Of a stretch of DNA of 64,000 bases, positions 15,654 to 29,841 are shown one piece after another. Position 1 is the stretch's first letter, and each line of letters starts with the position of its first letter. Below the pieces are notes generated by a model that saw only the letters and a list, made by a program, of their open reading frames with translations, was not told the DNA's origin and made no database searches. The translations under genes were made by a program, and so were the position numbers. Source of the DNA: the human T2T-CHM13v2.0 reference genome, Homo sapiens; NCBI RefSeq assembly GCF_009914755.1, contig NC_060933.1; one strand, given 5' to 3'.

Positions 15654-17752
15654 CCTGCTGACAGGGCCTGATATAGTGCCATCAGAACAAGGTTGAAGCA
15701 CCCGCACGCAGCTCGGACCTCTCTATCCATCGAAGCAGTCCTTGTCTTCATCCAAGCCATCCCTAGGTCTTCCAATAGTGGTGCAGCATCTGCACTATTG
15801 TCACTGTACCAGAAAGCATCCAGCTGTTGCCTCCAAGGACAAGGCTATAGAGACTCCCTCTGTGAGGCTCCTCCAGCCCCTCCATCTGGACACTTCATGC
15901 AGCCATGCTCAATTCTACTGCTCCTACACTATCTTCTCTTTTATGGGCCTTCCCACCCAGCACCTGGGCACTGTCCTGGACTGAGACATAGGTCTCTGCT
16001 CTTAGATTCCACAACTTATCTGGAGACGGGGGAGAGGAAATGAATCATGTCCCCAGGCTCCTATGACTCAGCTTGGGAACAAGAACTCAGGCTCTTTTCT
16101 CAGGAGCACACTAGTATCTAAGCGCTCTTCCTTCTGACTCTTCTCCAACTAGCCATCCTATGAGATTTTTATGTAATTTGGAGTTAAGGTAGCCAGGAGC
16201 TGTAACTATTCTGACAAAATCTAATATTTATGGCAAAAGCATAATGCCCTGAGACCTGCAAGACTTTAAAGAAGCATTTTTTAACTGGATGCTGTAGGCT
16301 TTGGGGGCAGGATAATTCTTCATCATATGAGAGTCACATTGCATGCCCTGCTCCCCAACCCCTAGTCCTCCTCATTGTGAAATCCAAAACATGCACACAC
16401 ATTTCCATATGTCTTCCAGCTAAAATTTATGAAGCTTAAAAAGTTTGTAAAACTACAAACCCAAAGCCTTTTCTTTCCGTATTATTCTCTATAGAATAAG
16501 TTTCAAAAACAAGGGATTGACTTTTTTTGCTTGCTGTTTTTTGTTACCTCTCCCCTTGAGGCAATGTGTGTCTCTTGAACTGCCCAAATGAGTTGGATCT
16601 CTGTGGCAAGGAAGTGTAGGTGAGAACTCTTTAATACTTTAAAAGTTTCTAGGTAGAAAAAAATTTTAATCATCTTTAACACTTTCCATTTTCTAATATG
16701 TTGAAGTGAGGTCATCAGCAGACTGAGGTGGGGAGCGATTGCAGAGAATTGAGGAGAGGGAAAAAGATATGAAATATTCATCCTCAGATAATGGGGAGAC
16801 AGAATTTGAGTGTGAGTGTCCCATATCTTGCCAGACAGGTATGTCTGTAGATATCTTTTGACTCCCTATTTCCTTGTGACTTACCAAACCACTCTGGAAA
16901 TTTGACCTTCTCGTTAATAAGAAGAGACTTTTTTTTTTTGCTTCACCTACTATGTGCAGAAGTGTATGACAACTACTCTCTCTCAACAAATGTTATCTTC
17001 CCCTATTTCTTTTTCCTGCTAAAATCCACTTATTCTTAGCATAATTTTAGCAATAATGAGACGAGAATGCTGTCTTCAACTGGATCTCGCAGAGTTACAG
17101 CCTTTGATGGGGGAGGAGGATGGAGTGGAGTGGGAAGGGAGGATCATCAGAGTCCAGTGTTTTGTCCTTAGTTTTGCACAGTCTGAAGATGATGATTGGC
17201 TCATTCAGAAATGATTGGCTGATTCACAGTAACCAAACTTGCCAAGAGGGTTGTATGTATATATTGGAAAGCTAATGCATTGATTTATAATGACATGCTG
17301 AACTTTCTAGTGACTCAGAGAAGGGCCTCACCTTTTCAGGATTCAGTTGCCTAGAAAATCAAGATAGGAACCAACTGACAGGAGTGCATGATCTTGTAGG
17401 ATATGCTGCCCAGTTTCTCAAAGTGCTGATGGATTTTTCATGCCCTTCTGAAAAAATTTATCTGTGACCAAATGACTTGCATTCATTAAATGCAGAGCCT
17501 CTCTCTCTTGAAGAAAACAATATGGCACCCTCAACTCAGGCTGCCCAGTTTAATTTCCTCTATACTTTGCCCAAGTAAGGAGGGTTTTCTCATATGTATG
17601 TGTGTGTGTGTGTGTGTAGAGAGAGTTTTCTCATATATGCATATAAGTATTTACGGTAGGGTGTGTGTGTGGGCGGGGGTAGGGAGTTAAGGGGCATTTT
17701 ATTAGGTAACCCAGATTCAAAGGTTTGCTGATGACTTTGTATTTTGCTATTC

Positions 17753-19252
17753 CAGTCATGCACTGCATAACAACATTTCAGTCAACCATGAACCGCATAT
17801 ATGATGGTGGTCCCAATGGTGGTCCCATAAGATTATAATAGAGCTGAAAAATTCCTATAGCCGAGTGACATTGTAGCTGTAATAACACAGTAGTACAATG
17901 CAACTTGCATGTTTGTGGTGATGCTGGTGTAAACAAACCTGTGCTGCAAGTAATAGAAAAGTCTGGCACTAAAATTATGTATACTACATAATACTTGGTA
18001 ATAAATGACTATGTTACTGGTTTACGGATTTATTATCTTTTTTTTTTTTTTTTTTGAGACAGTGTCTCGCTCTGTCACCCAGGCTGAAGTGTGGGGGTGC
18101 AATCATGGCTCACTGCAGCCTTGACCTACTGTGCTCAAACAGTCCTCCCACCTCAGCCTCCGAGTAGCTGGGACTACAGGCAGGAGCCACCATTGCCCAT
18201 CTGATTTTTTGTAGAGACAGGGTCTCACTATGTTGCCCAGATTGGTCTTGAACTCTGACTCAAGCTATCCTCCCACCTCAGCATCCCAAAATGCTGGAAT
18301 TACAGGCATGAGTCACCATGCCCAGCCTACTATCATTTTTTTTTTTTTTTTTTTTGCTGTTATTTTAGAATGTACTCCTTTTACTTTTTTTTTTAAAAAA
18401 AGTTAACTGTAAAACAACCTCAGGTCCTTCAGGAGGTCTTGCAGAAGAAGACATTGTTATCATAGGAGATGACAACTCAATGTGTGTTATTGCTCCTGGA
18501 GACCCTCCTATGAAAGTGGAAGACAGTGATACTGATGATCTTCACCCTGTGTGGGCCTAGACTAATGTGTGTGTTTGTGTCTTTGTTTTTTAACAAAAAG
18601 GTTCAGAAATTTTAAAAAATTAAAAATTTAAAAATAGAAAAAAACTTACAGAATAAGGATATAAGAAAGAAAATAGTTTTGTACAACTGTACGTTGTGTT
18701 CGTGTTTTATGCTGTTATTATGAAAGAGTCAAAATGTTTTTTTAAAGATTAAAAGTTTATAAAGTAGAAAAGTTACAGTAAGCTAAGGTTAATTTATTAT
18801 TGAAGAAAGAAAAGTATTTTTATAAATTTATTGTAGCTAAGTGTACAGTGTTTATAAAGTCTACAGTAATGTACAGTAATGTCCTAGGGCCTAGGCCTTC
18901 ACATTCACTCACCACTGGCTTACTGATAGAGCACCCTCCAGTCCTGCAAGCTCCATTCATGGTAAGTGCCCTCTGTAGTTGTACCATTTTTTATCTTTTA
19001 TACCATGTTTGTACTGTACTTTTGCTATGTTTAGATACAGAAATACTGCTGTGTTACAACTGCCTACAGTATTCAGTACAGTAACATGCTGTAAAGATTG
19101 GTAGCCTAGAAGCTGTAGGCTACACTACATAGCCTAGATGTAGATGGCTATACCGTCTAGGTTTGTGTCTGTACACTCAACATTTGCACAATGATGACAT
19201 CGCCTCACAATGTGTTTCTTAGAACATATCCTTGTTAAGTGATGCACGACTC
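17753..19252 (+). mobile_element. Tigger3 (Golem) non-autonomous element, Tigger3b-like, with an Alu inserted
   Basis: TIR CAGTCATGCACTGCATAACAACATTTCAGTCAAC at the left end and GTTAAGTGATGCACGACTC plus TA at the right end. Internal 12-bp duplication ATGGTGGTCCCA. Confidence 0.85.
18038..18327 (-). mobile_element. AluJ
   Basis: PolyT then GAGACAGTGTCTCGCTCTGTCACCCAGGCTG...GGCTCACTGCAGCCTTGACC...CATGCCCAGCC, with AluJ-type diagnostics. Confidence 0.9.
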
Positions 19253-19369
19253 TATAATGTTCATACTGCTTACTCACCATGTTGATAACCCCTTACACAA
19301 TTTCTGCATCTCTGTTAGTGATTGTAAAAAAGAAAAATCAAAAAGAAAACATCCCAACTTCCCACATCC

Positions 19370-19510
19370 AGAGTTCTAGTCCTGTCTCTGTCATTACTTT
19401 GCTGTGTAACCTTGAGCAAGTCATATATCCTCTTGGTGTCTCTCGAATAATATCCACATTGAAGGTGATGGGACTAGATGATTTCTAAGGTCCCTTCCAG
19501 TTCTACAATG
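19370..19510 (+). mobile_element. MIR3/MIRc SINE
   Basis: GAGTTCTAGTCCTG...GCTGTGTAACCTTGAGCAAGTCA...GGACTAGATGATTTCTAAGGTCCCTTCCAGTTCTA. Confidence 0.75.
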
Positions 19511-21701
19511 CCAAAGATTTTATGACTAAGATCAGAGTTCCTGTTTCAACAATCAAATTATTCCACAACACAATGGCTCCCTTATATTTCCTGGGCACAG
19601 AGCAAATGGAAATTTGCACTAAATTGATTGGAGAAGTTAGAGAAACAGCAAAAAGGGATGGGAAAGTGTCAAGAAGAGCCCACTGGGAGGACAACTTCCT
19701 GGGCTCAACTGCATGTCTTAGATTTCAAGCTGATAACATTTACCTACCTGATAAGGTGTTGGGGTAAGGGATGGAGGGGCACATTTTCTGAATATATAAA
19801 AAGGCTTTTAAATACTTGGATATAAGAACTAAATACTCTGGTTGGGCTTTTTCCGTGTCATTATTTGACAATGAAACTAATGCTGCTGATCTCAACATAA
19901 TAGGTGAATTTAGAAATAGAGTTACAGGCTTAGATAAAATCCAAGTTTTCACCCTTGACCATTAAGAGGTATTATATGTATGAGGATTGGGATGTCCTAC
20001 TTTCCCTTAACTGCAAAGTATCCCTTTGGTGCTCATATTTCAACCTCCAAAATGCACTTTGCTAAAATGTTTGCTGTGGAGCCAGGTCCTGTGGACAGAA
20101 GCTGAAGAGGTGAGGGCTGTGTGCAAACACACGGCGGGGAGTCTGGATTGGTTTACAGTAAGCACAAGCACCCCACAGGGACTGCAGCCTTTTACCTCTC
20201 ACTGCAGGGGATGGGCATTGACCAGGTGATGCAGCCCCAGAAATCAATTCAACACTAATGAGGGCTGCAGCTGGGATCAGAAAGGAACACGCGGGAGTTT
20301 GTAGATGATGCAGTCAGGCTATCTGAGATATGATGGGAGCACCAGAAACGGCTAGCCACCATATCTGTCCAGTTTGCCTTTCAACACTGCACATTCACAT
20401 TTGGGGTAACACAAGCCAATAGTGAAGGCCCAAAGCAGAGGCTTAGACATAGGACACTCTCCTGGATGAAATGGAGATTTTAACTAGTGTGTCAGGCCAG
20501 AGCACAGCCAGCACCAGAAGTGAAAAATAACTGAAAGAAAGAAAGATGATTTTTTTGACTTACATGCTCTTGAGAAGGCTGGAAAATTCAGTCCAGTAAA
20601 GGAAAAATAACAAACTTACAGCTATTGCTTGTCTCTTCTAGAACAAAGATGACGAGCTGGTGGCCCAGTGGGGAAATCTTGTCCAGCGATCTGCTTTCCT
20701 TCCTCAACCTTGCATTGATTTTGTGCTGCTTGGTTCTCTTTTGTTTTAACTGTGAATGCCCTTGGTGAATTTTCATGGCCTGCACATCGTATGACTCTAG
20801 GTGTCCATTTGCAACTGCAGTTCACCGAATGCCCCGTCACTGCCTTACTGAGCCACCGCCACATATTTCTACTAGCTGGCTTATCCCCACAGGTGTCTAA
20901 ATTCGAGACCTCTGATGTAGAATAGTAAGATTTCTTAGTAAAGTTAGCAAAGGGTCTAAGTACTAGAGAATTGGTATTTCTAGTCCTGAAGGAGAGCGAT
21001 CAGCCCTTGAGGGTTGTTTGAAGTTAAGAGTTGCAGGAAGTGGTAGATCTCATTTCCCTGGAGGCCCTTAACATTATAGAAGAGTCTGACCTTGGAAGGA
21101 TGAGATGTCCAATTGCATCTAAAGTAGAAGGTAAACTAGGTTACTATATATATTATATATCGCATAGATACCATATGAATAACATATATATTACTCATAT
21201 ATACCAGCTTTATTGAAGTATTAATCATGTAACATATAATTCACCCATTAAAGTGTACAATTCAATGATACAGTATTTTCACAAATATGTGCAACTTTCA
21301 CCAAAGCCAATTTTAGAACTTTCTTATCAACCCGAAAAGAAATCCTGTATTAGTAGTCACTCCCACTCCACCTGCCCTAGGCAACCATTAATCTACATTC
21401 TATCTGTATAGATTTAACTATTCTAGACATTTCATATAATCACATAATATGTGGTCTTTTGTGAGTGACTTTTTCACATAGCATAATGTTTTCAAGATTC
21501 TTCCATGTTGTAACATGAATCACTATTTCTTTCCTTTTTATGGCCAAATAATATTCCATTGTATGGATATTGCCACATTATGTTCATCCATTCATCAGTT
21601 GATGGACATTTGGGTTGCTCCCACCTTTTGGTCATTGTGAATAGTGCTACTATAAACATTCTGTGCAAGTTTTTGTGTGAACATATGTTTTCTTTTGAGT
21701 A

Positions 21702-22040
21702 CAGTTGACCCTTTGTATCTGCAGGTTCTACGTCTGTGGATTCATGCAACCATGGATCACAGATTGAAGATATTCAAAAAGTTAAAATAAACAATATAAC
21801 AATAAAAATACAAATTTTAAAAGCAATACAGTATAGCAACTATTGACTTAGCGTTACATTGAATTAGGTATTATAAGTAATCTAGAGAGGATTTAAAGTA
21901 TACAGGAGGATATGTGTAGTAGGTTAAATGCAAATACTACATTTTTTATAAAGGCCTTGAGCATCCATAGATTTTGGTGTCCTGGGCTAGGGGTGAGGGT
22001 GGCCTGGAACTAATCCCCCATGGATATCAAGGGATAACTG
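21702..22040 (+). mobile_element. MER2 (TcMar-Tigger MITE)
   Basis: TA, then CAGTTGACCCTTTGTATCTGCAGGTTCT ... GGATATCAAGGGATAACTG, then TG (decayed TA TSD). Confidence 0.85.
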
Positions 22041-22107
22041 TGTATACCTAAGAAAGTCACATGGTAACTTTATGTTTAACCATTTGAGAAAGTGCTAGAT
22101 TGTTTTC

Positions 22108-22360
22108 TTTTTTTATTTTTTTTTTTGAGATGGAGTCTCGTCTCACCTCCTGGGTTCAAGTGATTCTCCTGCCTCAGCCTCCTGAGTGGCTGGGACTACA
22201 GGCATGCACCACTACGCCTGGCTAATTTTTTTGTATTTTTAGTAGAGATGGGGTTTCACCATTTTGACCAGGCTGGTCTCGAACTCCTGACCTCAGGTGA
22301 TCTGCCCATCTTGGCCCTCCAAAGTTCTGAGATTACAGGAGTGAGCCTCTCTGCCCAACC
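22108..22360 (-). mobile_element. AluSx-like element with an internal deletion of about 50 bp in the right arm
   Basis: GAGATGGAGTCTCG joins directly to TCTCACCTCCTGGGTTC. Contains CTCAGGTGATC. Degenerate TSD AGAA.GT.CTAGA.TGTTT. Confidence 0.88.
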
Positions 22361-22629
22361 AAGAAGGTTCTAGACTGTTTGCAAAAGTAACTCCACCATT
22401 TTACATTCCCACTAGCAATATATAAGGGTTCCAGTTTCCCCACATCCTAACACTTGTTATTATCTGACAATAACTTTTTATTGTACTCATCCTAGTGGGT
22501 GTGAAGTGTATCTTTTGGTTTTGATTTGCATTTCCCTGATAATTAATGATGTTGAGCATGTTTTCATGTGTTTATGAGCTATTCGTATATCTTTGAAGAA
22601 ATGACTATGCAGATTCTTTGCCCATTTTC

Positions 22630-24241
<1,612 letters not shown>

Positions 24242-27124
24242 TTATAGTGTCCTTTGAAGCACAAAAGTTTTCAACTTTAATGACGTCAAGTTTATCCATT
24301 TTTTTGTTCATATTTAATACTTTTGGTGTCATATTTAATACTCCATTGCTAAATCAGAGGACTCAAAAATTTATCCCTGTTTTCTTCCAAGAGTTTTACA
24401 GTTTCAGCTCTTACATTTAGGACTTTCATCTATTTTGAGTTAATTTTTTTAAAAGATGTGAGGTAAGAGTTCAATTTCAATCTTTTGCATGTGGTTATCC
24501 TGGTATCCCTGCATTGTTTGTTAAAAAGACTCTTCTTTCCCCCATTGAATGGTTGTGGCACCATACTAGGTTTCTTCTTAAGATCTCATCTAAGTCTGAC
24601 ATACTTGTCCGCACATTCGTGACTATAGAGGTTATCCCTCCCTTTAATCTCATCTAATATAGTCAGAGTTCTCACCTTTCATGCGTCCAGAAATGTTTTT
24701 TTCCAACTGTTTCCCAAGTCTTTCTGAGAGTCCCCTGGAAATGCTTAGGCGTCTCATGGATCCATCCTAGTGGTTGCTTGTCCTAAATGCAGCCCTCTCT
24801 CTTTCTGGCCCCCTGTTCTTGCCATTTTGTAATTCTTTCTGGCTGCTGCCCCTCTCCTTGCATCGCTGGGCCCCAGGTCTTGCCCCTGGCAAGCCTCACT
24901 TCTAATTCTCAGAGCACAGCTAAGACTATACAGTAACATCTAACACCATTTATTGAAGGCATGAGGTAAGCAGAATGGAATTGCCTTATAGGAGGCCATA
25001 ACACATGGTTGGCTATTAATTATCGCTGCCCTGGGTTCCACTCGCTATGCCCATCTGTAAAACATCACCTGGCTATCTCCCACCCTAGCCCTCTGGCCAT
25101 CATGTGAATTCCAGTGTCGGCAGACCTTTTTTTCATATAAGCAGGCCCTTGGCCAGTCCAGGCCCCCAACACTTCTTTTGCCTAATGGAGAAGAAAACCT
25201 TTTCTTCCGCAATAATACAATTTGTATTATTATAATTTTATAATTAATATAAAAATTGTATTATTATAATTTTGCAAAGATGTAACTGCTTACAGCAAGG
25301 ATGCTTTCTCTATTATTATGGAGAACAGTTTAGGTCCTCTTTATCTCTCTCTGCTGCAGAAAATGGAATGGGTTTTACTTTGTAGAACTAAGAAGCTCAC
25401 AAAAATGTCCTTTCAAACTAGAGTGGTCTGACCTTAGGAGGGGTCAGTGTCTTCATCTAGCTAAAAAGGAAACTTCTGTCCGCTTGAAATAACAGATACT
25501 CACCTTTCCATCTGCATTCCTGGTATCAAAGTAGACATCAAATATTGAGGTACAGTCTCCAGGAACCCTGTTATTAAACCTAGTATACCACAGTTGTTTT
25601 TCCTTAGCTCATTGTTAATTCTCTAATTAGAAACATTCTTACTTAAATAATTATTTTTCTAATAAAAAAGGAGAGTTATGTCTTATTTCTCATTTCAACT
25701 ATAAGAAAATATGTGCTTATCTTGGACCCGTTATCTTTAAGCTTTTTGATCATTTCCCTTACGATTCTTTCTGGTAAGTGAATGAGAATCATCACTTAGT
25801 AGTTCTAATTATGTCCTACCAAAGCAGAAAGAACTGCATACATCAATAGTCAAATTGGTAGAAAATTGAGAACACCGAAATGCCTTTAACAAGAATGATG
25901 TGAATATAAGTGACATGCATTCGTTTTTTTAAAATCTAGATAAACTTCTGAGTTATTTAGTCCAATATTATTTGGAAGGGAAATGGAACTAATTTTTAAC
26001 AAAACATATTTTATTTGAGCTGCTATAAAAATAAATTTGAGGAAAAAAATAAATCTTGAAAGTAGACAGCTAATGGTAATAATCTCTGAGATCTAAAAAA
26101 TGCATTACAGGTGAATTGAATGCTGGCAACTCTGTTAAAAATAAATAATGTTCTTTTTATTCCAAAACAAGAATTGATCCTTCTCAATTCTTCATTATTA
26201 AAATTCAGAAAACATAGAACCATTTCATAGTGTGAGTAATTTATATCCTTACATCCCAAGTGCCTCAACAGAGTACCCAACATAGAGTAGAAACTTAAAC
26301 AAGAAATTGTTGAATTAAGTAGAGTAGAAATTGAATGTTCTGAAGTCTGAATGTGTGTGTGTGTACTTTGTGGAGGGGAGGTTTTGCCTCTCCATGGTAC
26401 CTAGCCCAGCTCCTCCACAGAATAGACTCACTTTCTTCTTGTTGATTTTATGTGAATGGTTCTCATTACCCAAACTTTATATTATAATTCTATAATGTTC
26501 AATAAAATAAAAACTTCTTGGACTGAATATTTTTAATACCCAGATTGCTTGCAAGATACTCCAGGCTAGCCAGGATTTTGCAGGGATATACGTGCAGATG
26601 CGTCACTAGGGAATGCCTAAGGAATGAACAAGCAGGCAGCAAGGGCCTGTGGGGGCAGCCATATGTGTCTCTCTGGAATCAGTGAGGAAGCTGGAAGCAG
26701 AGCAGCTCAGCCCTCTCGCTCCCCCTCAGTGCTTCCAGAGACCCCTAACACAGAAGCTTCCTCCTAAAGAAATGGCCCACTCAGCTCTTTTCCTTTCCAC
26801 GCTTCTTCAGCTTCCTCACTACTGACAATATTCTGGTTGAAACATTATTTCCTGAATCCTAGCTCTATCCTTGGTGATGAGCACACCTAGGTTCAACTGC
26901 AAGATAATAGTATAGTGTTATTTGGTATTCCAAGGTCAACAGTTTATTAAAAAAAAAAAAACCCAAACCTCTGGAGCATGGAATGCTGAAAAAAGACCAG
27001 TTTATAACCAGTGGTATAACATGGCATTGAAAGCCATGGACATGGGTTAGTTTGCCCTAAAAGAGTATACAATGAGAAGAGGGCATTAGGATGAGGTCCC
27101 CAGGGATACCCACATCTGACTGTC

Positions 27125-27510
27125 ATGTGGTAGAGCCTGATTCGCTCCTGAGTATCCATCTTCCCCTTTTTCTTTAGTAAGATGACCCTGATTTATTCAG
27201 TTAAAAGACACTGTTCTCCAGCATCTGCAAATGGGAGGCCAATGGAGTGTATGTAAAGCAAGAGGTTGTATGGATCTTACTAGAAGCCTCTTTAATGACT
27301 CATGGAGAAGGTGCAACACATGCCCCTTTTCCCTTCCTTCTGATGTCTCCTGGCACGTGTATGTTGGCTGCTATACTGGACTATGTAGTGGCTATGAGGT
27401 GACCTTGAGGATGCTAAAATGCTGGGTTGGAAAGACAGACACTGGGCCCCTGGATGGATTACCCTTGGACTTCCTTTGTTCCTGAGAGAATCACCTATTC
27501 TATCCTGTTT
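27125..27510 (+). mobile_element. MaLR MLT1 (I/J-like) LTR, decayed
   Basis: TGTGGTAG start, GGCCAATGGAG, and CCTGG...TGGCTGCTAT.TGGAC.ATG.GGTGACCTTGAGGATG pattern. Confidence 0.55.
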
Positions 27511-27844
27511 ATGCTGCCATCATTTAGGAACAATGCAGGAAGACAGTCCTGCAAGCTGGAATGAAAGATGCAATCTGAAAAATAGTAATGGTGTGAAAAA
27601 TGCTGTTTTTTACTTTTTTTTGCAGCAAAATTCTCTTAGAGATGAAGTTTTAATAATCCATATAAACTTATTATTCACAATTTTTTTGAAAAATGACAGG
27701 CAAAATGGTCTTTTCTGTTGTTAGGAGTGACAACAGAGCCCAATTATGCAGCTTCTTTAACAATGGAGCAGAATGTGCATACTTTTTAGTGGCAGGTCCA
27801 CAGCCACTGTCACCTTTTCTGTGTTAAAAATAGTGGAAATGTAT

Positions 27845-28010
27845 CCATTCCTTTGTCTGTCCATACAGTCATTCAGCATTTTCTGAGTTCCGATTTTGCA
27901 CTAGGACTGGTTTAGGGCAGGATAAAAATGCAAAATAAGATATAGACGTTGCTTTCCCAAAGCTTACAGTTAATTAGGAAACAGATAAACAGGAAATGAC
28001 AATAGAATGT
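27845..28010 (-). mobile_element. L2 3' fragment
   Basis: CATTCAGCATTTTCTGAGT...TGCACTAGG...AAAGCTTACAGT is the reverse L2 tail. Confidence 0.55.
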
Positions 28011-28349
28011 GAGAAGTTTGAATAAAACTTGTTTCCTTTCTCTGAGGGTTTTCCACTCCTGCTCATCAGTCAGAAGATTGTCTTGGTTCCTTATCTTCTT
28101 AAGGGTTGTGCACTTTGTCACTGATACTGGGACATCCTGGTGACTCAGAGTCTTGTCCCCAGTGGGCCAGTGTCCCTTTAGTGATGAGAGGGGAAGAGAT
28201 TGTCCTTTCCTTCTCAATCACTTCATTTCTCTGATAGCATCAGATCCCCTTGTGGACTGATCTGCAAATAGGAAGTTCTCTTCTGAAGGTTAGGGTGAAC
28301 ATAGGAGATAAGTAAATTCTGGCTAACCAGGACTTTCCTCTGTGCTGCC

Positions 28350-29200
28350 CAAGGAGGGTTCTTTAAGACTGAAGGAGTGTGTCTCATGTGTGGCTCTTCC
28401 TGTCCACTTTGCTCCCATGGCCACAGAATCCATGAATGTGGCCTGTCTTTTTTTGCTCTGGAAGATATTAGGATCTCCTTATTCTTGGTGTGGAAGTTGT
28501 GTAGGGATCTATCTGGGCACGGTTCTTCTACTCCTTATGCTGGAAATCTAATGAACACATTGAACAAATACACTCATGAGCTTTCATTCTTGTATTATTT
28601 CTTTGGTTGGTCAGAGGTTGGCCCTCCTGAATTCATCATCTGGGCCTCTTACCATTTTTCTTACTGTGTCTTAAGTGTTGTTAATTAGTTGGTCAGCTTT
28701 CTGGGATATTTACTTGACTTTAATCTCCATATTTTCTATTGAATTTTTTTTTTTTACTATAACCTGGATAATTTTTTTTTTCAAAGAATTCGTTATGGAT
28801 TGCTGGTTGTTTTTTTTATAATGGCAGCATGCTCTCCTTCCATGAATACAATTTTGTATCAGACTCTTGCAGAATACAAATGAGAATGATTTTAGTTCAC
28901 TGAATTATCACAGTTCCTCTGAGGTCATTTGTTTGTGTTTGCTCATCTTGGTCATTCTTATTCATGTTTGAGATATTCCCCAGTGTCTGGGATTCCTTTG
29001 TTATTTGTTCATGGATGATAGGTAGCATTGCTGTGCATGGGTGGAGAGGGTGGACTGGCTGAATTTACAGGCAGAGAGCCCACCAGCATCTTGGGAACTC
29101 CTAAATGCTTAAACGTATAGGTCTCAGCCCTGGGATACCAACCATCACACCAGCTACCACAGTTTTCCTGCATGGTACTTCGACTTCTCAAGCTGAAGTC
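28350..29200 (-). mobile_element. Old L1M ORF1-region remnant
   Basis: T-rich sequence with decayed L1M ORF1 antisense character. Boundaries are uncertain. Confidence 0.4.
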
Positions 29201-29841
29201 TGACACCTTCACTTTCACACAGTCTGGGGAACACCTTCACCCATCAGATCTGTCAGCCTTTCCCACTCAAAATGTCCCCAACTCTCTTCCTTCACAAACC
29301 TCTTTGCCTCCTTGGACTTCCTACATCTGATAGCTATACTGTCTTTCCAGTATTCAAAACCACAGAATAATATCTGAGTGGATCTTACTCTCCTTGTTTA
29401 GTCTGTTCCTAAGGCCTTGAGGATTCCTCCTGCCTCTGTCCACCCTCTTTCTTTCCATCACAGCCTCTCCAGTCAGGCCATCATTATTTATTCCCTGGAA
29501 AAAATCCAAGTTTCTCTCTAGCTTTCTGCCTCTCATCTCTCTTATAGTTAGCTGTCAGATTAATATTCCCAGGTGTAGTTCTCTTTATATCATTGTGCTG
29601 CTCAAAATTCTTTCCTGGATCTCTTCTATTTACTCACTAAGGCCTACCTTTGCAATCTGACGTTCAAAGGTTCAACCCACTTCTCTTCCCACCTTCCTAT
29701 GGGAGGCAGGAGCATGTAGCATGCGCTCTTGGGACATACAGGCACAGCCAGATGCAGGCTCCAATGCCTACGGGGCAAATTATTTGCCCTCTCTGACCCG
29801 TACCTACCTTTCTCATCTCTAACTTTAAGATAAAAAAAGCA

